From Ignavibacterium sp. (GTDB lineage Bacteria; Bacteroidota; Ignavibacteria; Ignavibacteriales; Ignavibacteriaceae), in contig JAIMAZ010000001.1 of assembly GCA_023511695.1 (NCBI GenBank), positions 1-36,754 on the forward strand: a stretch of DNA of 36,754 nucleotides, in the 5' to 3' direction. A program made the translations under genes and the position numbers. Shown here one piece after another: positions 17,792-26,638 of this stretch. Under the pieces are notes generated by a model. That model was given only the letters and a program-made list of their open reading frames with translations, did no database searches and was not told the DNA's origin. Each line of letters begins with the position of its first letter. Within the stretch, counting starts at the first letter, position 1.

Positions 17792-20563
17792 ATGAACAAC
17801 TACAAAGACAAAACATTTCACATAATCTCAAACACTCACTGGGATCGTGAGTGGCGCTATCCATTTCAACGCAACAGACAAATGCTCGTTGATATGATTG
17901 ACAAAGTGCTCGAGATACTTGAAGCTAATCCCGATTACAGAGCATTTCATCTTGATAGCCAGTCAATCGTTGTTAAAGATTATCTTGAGATTAAACCTCA
18001 CAAAGAAAATCTCATCAGAAAGTTTGTTAATGAAAAAAGATTATTCATCGGTCCCTGGTATGTTCTGCCTGAACAGTTTCAAGTGGGCGGAGAAAATCTT
18101 ATAAGAAATTTATTAATCGGTCATAAGATTAGTAAAAAGTACGGAAGAGTTTCTAAAATTGGTTACTCACCTTTTTCGTGGGGACAAATTTCTCAATTGC
18201 CGCAGATTTACAAAGAGTTCGGAATAGAACTCATTATGTTTTATCGCGGAGTTAATTCACTCGATTCACCTAAAGCAGAATTCCTATGGATCGGAGCAGA
18301 TGGAACTGAAGCAATCGCTTCGAGATTTTCAACAATGCCGCGTTACAATTTTTACTTTTATATTTATCGTCCAGTTATTCATAATGAATTTCCGTTTGAT
18401 GTTGAATACAAATGGTCAAAAGGCGGAGTACCATTTCACTTCGCTGATAAATCTTTAGTTGATGAAGATTATTTTATTGTTGATCCGCTTGATGGATATT
18501 ATCCTGAAAATATTAAAAAGCAGGTTGAAGCGATTATAAATGATCAGTTTAATGATTTCACAACTCCGCACATTATCTGGATGGAAGGCCACGATTCCAG
18601 CGGACCGAATGAAAAAACAGTTCAGATCATTAAAGATATTAAAAAGATTTTTCCGGAGTTAAATGTTATTCATTCAACACTGGAAGATTATGCGAAAGTA
18701 CTTTTAGAAAATGTCGATGTTAAATCGCTGAAGAAAGTTTACGGTGAAAGAAGGAGCGCTCAGTACGACAGACGAAGCGGAAATCTTTATGGCTATACAA
18801 CTTCTGCAAGAATGTATCTAAAGCAAAAAAACTTTGAAGCAGAAAAATGGATTCAGTTTTATGCCGAACCATTTAATATTTTTTCTGCTCTCGCCGGGCG
18901 CGATATAGAAGATAATTACATTGATCTTATCTGGGATTTGATAGTTCAAAATTCAGCTCACGATTCAATCGGTGGCTGCAGTCTTGATGAAGTTCACGAT
19001 GATATGATGTGCAGATATAAACAAGCAATTGAAATTTCAAAAGGTGTTTATGAAAGAGCGATTAAACATATCGTAAAAAATCTTAACCTGAGTGCCTTCA
19101 AAACATCCGACAACTCAAATTTATTTTTATCCATTTTTAATCCGACACAATTTATACGTAATGAAGTTGTTGAATGTTTTATTGATGTTCCAAAAGAGTT
19201 TGATACTGGCAGTATTGAAATATTTGATGCTCAGGGAAATAACATTCCTGTTCAGATAAAATCAATTCGTTCAGTCCAGCCGGTTCTTGAGCAGATGATT
19301 GATCGCCCTATGTACTTTGATATGATCAGATATCAATGCTTTGTTGATGTGAAAAACATTCCGGGATTTGGATATAAAACTTTCAACATTAGACCAGCTA
19401 AAAATGAAAAACCAATAATTAAAAATCCGAAAGAAGGATTAGCAAAAAAGAATATTATTGAAAATAGTTTTCTGGAAGTAAAAATTAATTCAAACGGAAC
19501 ATTTGATCTTTTTGATAAAGCTAATAAAAAAGAATTTAAAGGACTTGGCTACTTTTATGATGAAGGTGAAGCCGGACACGCCTGGGTAAACATTCCAACA
19601 AAACCATTTATCACAACACTGAAAAGTAAGCCAAGAATAAAAATACTTGAGAATAATTCTTTGTGTGCTTCAGTAAATATTAAGCACAAATTAAAAGTAG
19701 CTGCTAATCTTGCTGAGAGGAAAAAGAAAGACCCTAAAACAAAAATTGTTGAAGTTGAGTTATTTTTAACCTTGAGGCAGGGTTCAAAGAATCTTGAATT
19801 AAAAATTGAAGTTGATAATCAAGCTGAAAGCCATAGATTAAGAATTATGTTTCCAACTGGACTTAATGCAAAATATCATTTTGCTGAAGGACAATTTGAT
19901 GTTGTGAAAAGAGATATCAAAAGAATTGATTCTGAAGAATGGATTGAGCAGCCAATGTACGATTATCCACTTCATCATTTTGCAGATGTTAGTGATGATA
20001 AAAATGGTTTAGCAGTAATTGTTGATGGATTGAAAGAGTATGAAGTAAAAGATGATAAGCAAAAAACAATTGCTGTTACTCTCTTAAGAGGGTTTGAATA
20101 TATTATTCAGCCCAGTTCAAAACAGGATTACACTTTTCAGAAAGGAAGTCAATGCCTTGGAAAATCGAGTTACAGATTAGCACTTTATCCGCACAAAGGA
20201 GATTGGCAAATCGGTGAAGTTTATAAAGAAGCTCTGAACTTTAATAATCCACTTTCACTTGTTCAAAGTGGAAAAGCAAATGGAACTTTACCGATTGAAA
20301 ATTCTTTCATTAAAATTTATCCGGATGATTTAATTTTCAGTGCATTAAAAAAATCTGAAGATGAAAATGGATTTGTTTTAAGAATTTATAATCCTACTGA
20401 GAATGATGTTGAAGGAAGAATAGAATTCTTTAATAAAATTTTGAAGGCAGAAAAAGTTACTTTAGAAGAAGAGTTTATCAGTCAAATTGAATTGACAAGT
20501 GAAAGAAGTTTTTCTGTTTCATTAGCAAAGAAAAAAATAGGAAGTTATAAAATTTTTTTCTGA
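17792..20563 (+). CDS. Glycoside hydrolase family 38 (alpha-mannosidase/MngB-like) with non-canonical active site
   Basis: SNTHWDREW, FHLDSQ, IGPWY, EGHD, AHDSIGGCS, TLLRG, LKKSED. Start moved to 17792 because the ATG at 17771 lies inside the repeat. No signal peptide. Confidence 0.92.
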   Translation: MNNYKDKTFHIISNTHWDREWRYPFQRNRQMLVDMIDKVLEILEANPDYRAFHLDSQSIVVKDYLEIKPHKENLIRKFVNEKRLFIGPWYVLPEQFQVGGENLIRNLLIGHKISKKYGRVSKIGYSPFSWGQISQLPQIYKEFGIELIMFYRGVNSLDSPKAEFLWIGADGTEAIASRFSTMPRYNFYFYIYRPVIHNEFPFDVEYKWSKGGVPFHFADKSLVDEDYFIVDPLDGYYPENIKKQVEAIINDQFNDFTTPHIIWMEGHDSSGPNEKTVQIIKDIKKIFPELNVIHSTLEDYAKVLLENVDVKSLKKVYGERRSAQYDRRSGNLYGYTTSARMYLKQKNFEAEKWIQFYAEPFNIFSALAGRDIEDNYIDLIWDLIVQNSAHDSIGGCSLDEVHDDMMCRYKQAIEISKGVYERAIKHIVKNLNLSAFKTSDNSNLFLSIFNPTQFIRNEVVECFIDVPKEFDTGSIEIFDAQGNNIPVQIKSIRSVQPVLEQMIDRPMYFDMIRYQCFVDVKNIPGFGYKTFNIRPAKNEKPIIKNPKEGLAKKNIIENSFLEVKINSNGTFDLFDKANKKEFKGLGYFYDEGEAGHAWVNIPTKPFITTLKSKPRIKILENNSLCASVNIKHKLKVAANLAERKKKDPKTKIVEVELFLTLRQGSKNLELKIEVDNQAESHRLRIMFPTGLNAKYHFAEGQFDVVKRDIKRIDSEEWIEQPMYDYPLHHFADVSDDKNGLAVIVDGLKEYEVKDDKQKTIAVTLLRGFEYIIQPSSKQDYTFQKGSQCLGKSSYRLALYPHKGDWQIGEVYKEALNFNNPLSLVQSGKANGTLPIENSFIKIYPDDLIFSALKKSEDENGFVLRIYNPTENDVEGRIEFFNKILKAEKVTLEEEFISQIELTSERSFSVSLAKKKIGSYKIFF

Positions 20564-20587
20564 TTGAACTTTTAATAAATATAATCT

Positions 20588-20722
20588 ATTGCAGTTGACT
20601 TCAGTCAACTGCAGAAGAGAAGAGAAAGAAATTTGTGGCTTTAGCCGCATATTAAATCTTAAATGTGGCTAAAGCCAATGATTATGAAGTAATTACCTCC
20701 CCGACTTAAAAGTCGGGGCAAT
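20588..20722. repeat. REP/REPIN-like multi-hairpin element, family B copy 2
   Basis: ATTGCAGTTGACTTCAGTCAACTGC ... GGCTTTAGCC ... GGCTAAAGCC ... CCCCGACTTAAAAGTCGGGGCAAT; same layout and length as 9386-9521. Confidence 0.85.
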
Positions 20723-20748
20723 AAATAATAACAATAAAAAAATTAGCT

Positions 20749-23154
20749 ATGATAAAAAATAAATACGGTTTCTTCAGTAAAGACGGAAGAGAATTTGTAA
20801 TTACTAATCCACGCACTCCTCGTCCGTGGTTCAATTATATGTGGAATGAAAATTACGCCGGACTTATTTCACATACAGGCGGCGGATTCAGCTATCTCGA
20901 AACTCCGCGCGATAACAGATTAACAAGAATGCGTTACAACTGTCTGCCGTGGGATCGTCCCGGGAGATATGTAATAATCAAAGATGTCGATTCGGGTAAA
21001 TACTGGTCATTAAGCTGGGCTCCGACAATTGATAAAAATTATGATTTATACGAATGCCATCACGGACAAGGTTATACAAAAATTATAACAGAGAAAAACA
21101 AAATCAGAGGTGAACTGACTTACTTCGTTCCAACAGATTTGAACGGTGAAATCTGGAGAGTTAAACTCACTAATCTATCTAATAAAAAAAGAAGACTTGA
21201 AATCTATGCTTTCACAGAGTTGCTGATGGGTAACGCTCTTAATGATATCATCAATCAACCTAACGATAAACATTTTACCGATATTCATTTTAACAAAGAT
21301 TATGAAACGCTTGTTTGCACAAGAAGATATTGGGTACTTAATAGAAAAGTTACGGTTGCTCAGCCAAACATTGATTGGAGATATAATTTACTTTTCACTA
21401 CTACATTGCCTGTAAGTGGTTTTGATGGAAGTCTTGATAATTTTATTGGCAGATGGCGAAGTGAAGCAAATCCGGAATCAATTGAAACCGGAAAAATGAA
21501 AAACACTGAAATAACAGCCGGCGATCCGATTGCTGCAGTTCAATCAAAGATCACGCTTGATAAAAAATCTGAAATTGATTTTGCAGTGTTGATGTTAGTT
21601 GTCAGTAAAGATGAAAAGAATCCTTTTAAAGCATTAAATCTTAAAAAGCTAAAGAATATTAAAACTGTTGATAAAAAATTTGACGAAGTGAAAAATTATT
21701 GGGATGAATATCTAAGCAATGTTAAAGTCTCAACACCTGATAATAAATTTAATCTGATGTTAAATGTCTGGAATCAATATCAGGCAGCGGTTACATTTGA
21801 TATGGCCCGTAATTCCGGTTACTATCACGGTGGTTTGTTATTTGGAACCGGAATGCGCGATCAGTTTCAGGATATACTTGGAATGGTAATCGCTCATCCT
21901 GAAAGAGTAAGAAAAAGATTATTGAATGCTCTTCGTTTTCAATTTAAAGATGGTTCAACTCTTCATAACTTTTTTAAGATTACTGAATGGGGCGAAAAGA
22001 CTAATCATTCTGATACTCCTCTCTGGATTCCATTTGGCATCATAGAATACTTAAATGAAACTGCCGACTTCTCCATTCTTGATGAAGTTGTAAAATTCTA
22101 TGATGAAGGTGAAGCAACTGTTTATGATCATCTTAAGCTTGCAGTTGATTTTGCAATTTCTGCCTGCACCGAACGCGGACTTCCCAAAATTATGAACGGC
22201 GATTGGAATGATACACTTGATCATATCGGACCAAAAGGGAAAGGCGAAACAGTTTGGGGCGCTTTTTTCCTCGGTTACATTTTGAAAAAATCTTTTGAGC
22301 TTCTTGAATTTAAAAATGATTCTTTAACTCTCAATAGATGGAAAAACAAATATGAAGAGTTGCGCAAAACTATTAATGAATTATGCTGGGATGGGAATTG
22401 GTATTTGAGAGCATTTCGTGACGATGGAACTGAAGTTGGATCTCACAAGCATAAACAAGGTAGGATATTTATTAATTCTCAATCGTGGTCAGTAATTTCA
22501 GAACTTGCGACTGACGATCGTGCAAAATCCTGCTTACAAAGCGGGAAAAAATATTTAATAACTCCTTATGGAATGCAGATAGTCTGGCCGGCTTACAGAG
22601 AGATTGAAGATAACACAGGATTGATTAGCCGTTGTGTTCCCGGCAAAAAAGAGAATGGAGCGGTGTTTAATCATGCTTCATCCTGGTTTGTTCTTGCTTC
22701 CCTATTGAATGATGATATCGAATTTGCTTATGATATTTATTCAAGAATGATTCCGATTAATTCATCAAAAAGAATTGACCGTTATGAAGTTGAACCTTAT
22801 GTTTACGCTGAGTATGTAACAAGTCCGGAACACGAAACAGAGAATCAGGCAAGTCATAGTTGGTTAACCGGCACTGCAGTGTGGATGTATAGAATTGGTC
22901 TTGATTACATTCTCGGTTTTAGAACTTCACTTAAGGGAATGACAATTGAACCACGAATTCCTTCATCATGGAAATCCTTTAAAGCAGAAAGAAATTTCAG
23001 AGGGAAAAGAATTATTTTGAGTGTTGAAAATCCTGAAAGAAAAAATTCGGGAATAGGATTAATTGAAGTTAATGGAAATAGAGTCGAATCAAACTTTATA
23101 AATCCGGATGATTTTTCTGAAAAAGAAATAAATGTAAGGATAGTGCTTAAATAA
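20749..23154 (+). CDS. GH94 glycoside phosphorylase (cellobiose/chitobiose phosphorylase-like)
   Basis: TPRPWFNY, DRPGRY, G.GMRDQFQD, catalytic GDWND, GKKENGAVFNH, HSWLTGTA; 801 aa, no signal peptide. Confidence 0.93.
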   Translation: MIKNKYGFFSKDGREFVITNPRTPRPWFNYMWNENYAGLISHTGGGFSYLETPRDNRLTRMRYNCLPWDRPGRYVIIKDVDSGKYWSLSWAPTIDKNYDLYECHHGQGYTKIITEKNKIRGELTYFVPTDLNGEIWRVKLTNLSNKKRRLEIYAFTELLMGNALNDIINQPNDKHFTDIHFNKDYETLVCTRRYWVLNRKVTVAQPNIDWRYNLLFTTTLPVSGFDGSLDNFIGRWRSEANPESIETGKMKNTEITAGDPIAAVQSKITLDKKSEIDFAVLMLVVSKDEKNPFKALNLKKLKNIKTVDKKFDEVKNYWDEYLSNVKVSTPDNKFNLMLNVWNQYQAAVTFDMARNSGYYHGGLLFGTGMRDQFQDILGMVIAHPERVRKRLLNALRFQFKDGSTLHNFFKITEWGEKTNHSDTPLWIPFGIIEYLNETADFSILDEVVKFYDEGEATVYDHLKLAVDFAISACTERGLPKIMNGDWNDTLDHIGPKGKGETVWGAFFLGYILKKSFELLEFKNDSLTLNRWKNKYEELRKTINELCWDGNWYLRAFRDDGTEVGSHKHKQGRIFINSQSWSVISELATDDRAKSCLQSGKKYLITPYGMQIVWPAYREIEDNTGLISRCVPGKKENGAVFNHASSWFVLASLLNDDIEFAYDIYSRMIPINSSKRIDRYEVEPYVYAEYVTSPEHETENQASHSWLTGTAVWMYRIGLDYILGFRTSLKGMTIEPRIPSSWKSFKAERNFRGKRIILSVENPERKNSGIGLIEVNGNRVESNFINPDDFSEKEINVRIVLK

Positions 23155-23249
23155 ATCCGTTATGATCAGTTCAATCTGTTTCATCTGCGTGCCATTGTTT
23201 TTATTAAATGGGACACGGATTGGACTGATTTGACGGATTTAAACTGATT
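23153..23249. repeat. Imperfect inverted repeat built from ~9-bp units (family C)
   Basis: Left arm AATCCGT/ATCAGT/AATCTGT/ATCTGCGT; right arm ACACGGATT GGACTGATT TGACGGATT TAAACTGATT. Confidence 0.65.
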
Positions 23250-23266
23250 CATAAAAAGGCATAGTT

Positions 23267-24955
23267 ATGAAAAAAATATTTTTACTTTTTGTTATTCTAA
23301 CCACAATCGCTTTCTCTCAACCAATCACCTGGACAGAGATAACATCAAATTATTCACTTCCTTCAGGGATTAAAGTTTATCAGGGTGATCGTGCAACTCC
23401 CAAATTAAAAATCTTTTACATTGATGCAGATATGAATAATCCTGATTTGGTTATTCATCCATACATTACCAGTCCAAATAAACTTGTAAAAGATTTTGTA
23501 CCATTTGTTGGCGCTTATGCCGGAGTCAATGGCGGATTCTTTGGAGGATCGACTTCTTACTCTGCAGTTGTATATCCATACGAAGTTAAAGCTCAGAATG
23601 TTGCTTCTGTAACAAGATTTAGTCAATCATATCCTGTTATAAGAAGTTTCTTTGGAATGAATGCAGATAAAAGTTTTCATGTTGAATGGATTTATCATTT
23701 CGGAAATAATGTTGAAAATATTTATAAGTTCAGTGAACCAATGCCATACACTAATAATCAGCAGACTCCACTTCCTCCACCACAGCAATCGGCTGGTACA
23801 GTTTATTCAAATCTTTTAGTTGGAATTGGCGGCGCACCAACATTAGTTAAAAACGGACAGGTGAATGTTACCTATGATCAGGAAATTATGTGGGGCAGCG
23901 GTGTTGGATATGATAACCGTGACCCAAGAACTGCAGTTGGTTATACAGCAAACAATCATGTAATTTTAATTGTTGCAGACGGAAGACAAATAAACAGCGA
24001 AGGTGTCGGACTGCCGGAACTTGCTCAGATTATGGTTGATCTTGGCTGTGTAGAAGCAATGAATCTTGATGGCGGCGGCTCTACTCAAATGGCTGTCGGA
24101 AATCAGAATGTAAACAATCCTTCAGAGCAACGAGCTGTTCCAACTATATTAGCAATAACACACAAAGATTCTCTGCATATTCCTCCAACTGTTCAATTCG
24201 AAAAAATTATTGATACAGGAGATCCGGAATGTAGTTTAATTGGCGGAGGTTGGTTCGCGTCAGCAAATCCTGGTTACTGGGGAAACACACCTGCACAACT
24301 TCATCCAGTTGGTAATGGAAGTGCTTACGCTGAATTTAAACCAACTTTTCCGGCAGATGCAATGTATGAAGTTTATGGCTGGTGGGTTGCCTCATCAAAC
24401 AGATGTCAGGATACTCCTTTTATTATCAAACATAAAAACGGAACTGATACTATAAGAGTTAATCAGGTTCAAAATGGTTCAATGTGGAAACTCATTGGAA
24501 CATTTAATTTTTCTCAGGACACTTCACAAAAAATATTAATTTCAGATGCAGGAACAATAGGCACATATGTAGTTGCAGATGCAATAAGAATAATTTCTTA
24601 CGATCCAGCAACTCCTGTTGAAAATGAAAAAGAAATAACACCGACTGAGTTTGTTCTTTATCAGAATTATCCCAATCCTTTTAATCCGGTAACAAAAATT
24701 CGTTTTGTCATTCCGAACGAAGTGAGGAATCTTAAAGATTTCTCGTCGCAAGCTCCTCGAAATGACGATGTTCTTGTTACTCTGAGAGTTTACGATGTCC
24801 TCGGCAATGAAGTTGCAAGATTAGTAAACGATCACAAACCTGCAGGTAATTATGAAGTGGAATTCAATGGTTCAAATCTTTCTAGTGGAATATATTTATA
24901 TCAATTGAATTCCGGAGCATTTAATCAAATTAAGAAGATGATTTTGTTAAAATAA
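23267..24955 (+). CDS. NAGPA-family phosphodiester glycosidase with golvesin/CBM-like domain and T9SS type A CTD
   Basis: Signal peptide; NGGFF, PRTAVG, DGRQ, NLDGGGST; YEVYGWW...VVADAIR module; LYQNYPNPFNP...KKMILLK. Confidence 0.88.
   Translation: MKKIFLLFVILTTIAFSQPITWTEITSNYSLPSGIKVYQGDRATPKLKIFYIDADMNNPDLVIHPYITSPNKLVKDFVPFVGAYAGVNGGFFGGSTSYSAVVYPYEVKAQNVASVTRFSQSYPVIRSFFGMNADKSFHVEWIYHFGNNVENIYKFSEPMPYTNNQQTPLPPPQQSAGTVYSNLLVGIGGAPTLVKNGQVNVTYDQEIMWGSGVGYDNRDPRTAVGYTANNHVILIVADGRQINSEGVGLPELAQIMVDLGCVEAMNLDGGGSTQMAVGNQNVNNPSEQRAVPTILAITHKDSLHIPPTVQFEKIIDTGDPECSLIGGGWFASANPGYWGNTPAQLHPVGNGSAYAEFKPTFPADAMYEVYGWWVASSNRCQDTPFIIKHKNGTDTIRVNQVQNGSMWKLIGTFNFSQDTSQKILISDAGTIGTYVVADAIRIISYDPATPVENEKEITPTEFVLYQNYPNPFNPVTKIRFVIPNEVRNLKDFSSQAPRNDDVLVTLRVYDVLGNEVARLVNDHKPAGNYEVEFNGSNLSSGIYLYQLNSGAFNQIKKMILLK
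24707..24766. repeat. Family A palindromic element inserted in frame within a CDS
   Basis: 60 bp GTCATTCCGAACGAAGTGAGGAATCT...AGATTTCTCGTCG...TCGAAATGAC encoding VIPNEVRNLKDFSSQAPRND. Confidence 0.85.
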
Positions 24956-24964
24956 GGTTAAACA

Positions 24965-26593
24965 TTGAAAAAGATTTTTATTCCCCTATTTATATCTCTT
25001 TGTCTTTTACAGATAAGTTTCTCTCAAACCATTTCGGGAATTGTGAAAGACAAGATTTCTCTTAAGCCTCTGCAGAATGTGAAAGTCACTGTAACTAATT
25101 TATCAAACGGATTGAGTGATTCTGCTTTCACCAATTCAAACGGAATTTGGTATTTTAATTTATTAACCGGAGTTGAACAGGATATTTTACCAAACGATTT
25201 TTATGTAAGTCAAAATTTTCCTAATCCCTTTAACCCTTCAACTAAAATTCAATTCCTTTTAAGTAAAGATGATAATGTTGAAATTTATATTCATAATGTT
25301 TTAGGTGAATTGATTGATTACAAACAGCAGTTTCTGATGCAAGGATTTTATTCAATTGAGTATCAGAGTAAAGGAGCAGCCGGAGTTTATCTTTATACAA
25401 TAAAAACAAGTGATGCATCCATCACAAAAAAAATGATTCAGCTTGACGGAAAAGGAACTGGTTCAGGACTGCAATCAATTGTTTCAATAGGTACTAATCA
25501 GAAAACCTCATTAAAAAAATCCGAAGCGAATACATATAAAATTGTTTACTCAAAAAATTCTCATCTCGCTGATTCAACACAAATTGAATTAAATGGCGGC
25601 GAAAGTTTGTATATGTTATTGAGATCTTTTCATTCCACTTCAACATTGATTGATTTACACAATGATGTTCTCGAAGTAATGACATCTGACACATCATATC
25701 ATTTGAGGCATAGACATAATTATAATCACACTGATATTCCCAGACTTAAGGACGGTGGAGTTGATCTTCAGTTTTTTTCTGTTTGGGTTTCACCGACACA
25801 GTTTACTAATTATTTTCAGCAAGCGCAGCTAATGTTGAATATTTTTAATTCGGAAATATCTCAGAATACTAATTCGATTGCTAAGGCAAGAAACTGGGAT
25901 CAAGCTGATTCAATTATTCAACTTAACAAAATTGCTGCTGTAATCGGTGTTGAAGGCGGACATCATATTGAAAACAGTATAGATAAACTAATCAGCCTTT
26001 ATAATTCAGGAATGAGATATCTTACAATAACCTGGAATAACAGCACCGATTGGGCAATCTCTGCTCAGGATTCAAGATCAACAACAGTTGGATTGAGTGA
26101 ATTTGGCAGACAAGTTATTCGAACAATGGATTCGCTTGGAATTATTATTGATGTTTCGCACACGGGAATTAAAACTATTCAGGATATTCTGGAAGTAACT
26201 TCAAACCCGATTATTGCAAGTCATTCAGGAGCTAGAGCAATAAGAAACCATTACAGAAATTTATATGATTGGCAAATTCAGGATATTGCAAATCGTGGTG
26301 GAGTAATTGGTGTTGTATTCTATCCATATTTTTTAAATGGGACAAGCTCAGCAAGTATTCAGGATGTCATAACTCATATTGACTACATAAAAAATCTTGT
26401 GGGAATTGACTATGTAGCAATTGGTTCTGACTTTGATGGAATTGAAGTCGTTCCACTTGGACTTGAAGACACATCGAAATTTCCGAATCTAACTGAAGCT
26501 CTATTTGATCACGGATATACGAAAGAAGAAATTGAAAAAATTCTTCACAAAAACTTTAAAAGAGTTTTTGAGCAGGTTTGCGGCAGTAAATAA
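24965..26593 (+). CDS. Membrane dipeptidase (peptidase M19) with N-terminal Ig-like domain and an internal T9SS-type CTD
   Basis: TTG start and signal peptide; M19 motifs DLHND, VEGGH, DVSH, ASHS, IGSDFDG; internal QNFPNPFNPST...GVYLY...KKMIQL. Confidence 0.88.
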   Translation: MKKIFIPLFISLCLLQISFSQTISGIVKDKISLKPLQNVKVTVTNLSNGLSDSAFTNSNGIWYFNLLTGVEQDILPNDFYVSQNFPNPFNPSTKIQFLLSKDDNVEIYIHNVLGELIDYKQQFLMQGFYSIEYQSKGAAGVYLYTIKTSDASITKKMIQLDGKGTGSGLQSIVSIGTNQKTSLKKSEANTYKIVYSKNSHLADSTQIELNGGESLYMLLRSFHSTSTLIDLHNDVLEVMTSDTSYHLRHRHNYNHTDIPRLKDGGVDLQFFSVWVSPTQFTNYFQQAQLMLNIFNSEISQNTNSIAKARNWDQADSIIQLNKIAAVIGVEGGHHIENSIDKLISLYNSGMRYLTITWNNSTDWAISAQDSRSTTVGLSEFGRQVIRTMDSLGIIIDVSHTGIKTIQDILEVTSNPIIASHSGARAIRNHYRNLYDWQIQDIANRGGVIGVVFYPYFLNGTSSASIQDVITHIDYIKNLVGIDYVAIGSDFDGIEVVPLGLEDTSKFPNLTEALFDHGYTKEEIEKILHKNFKRVFEQVCGSK

Positions 26594-26620
26594 AAAACCC
26601 CGCTTGTTCAGCGGGGCTTT
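26592..26620. terminator. Intrinsic terminator between convergent genes (stronger on the minus strand)
   Basis: AAAAAA-CCCCGCT-TGTTC-AGCGGGG-CTTT. Confidence 0.8.
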
Positions 26621-26638
26621 AATAACAGCTTGATATTA

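Noticed and set aside
9386..23249. Palindromic repeats as a CRISPR array or IS ends
   Set aside because: There is no regular repeat-spacer periodicity, no cas gene and no transposase.
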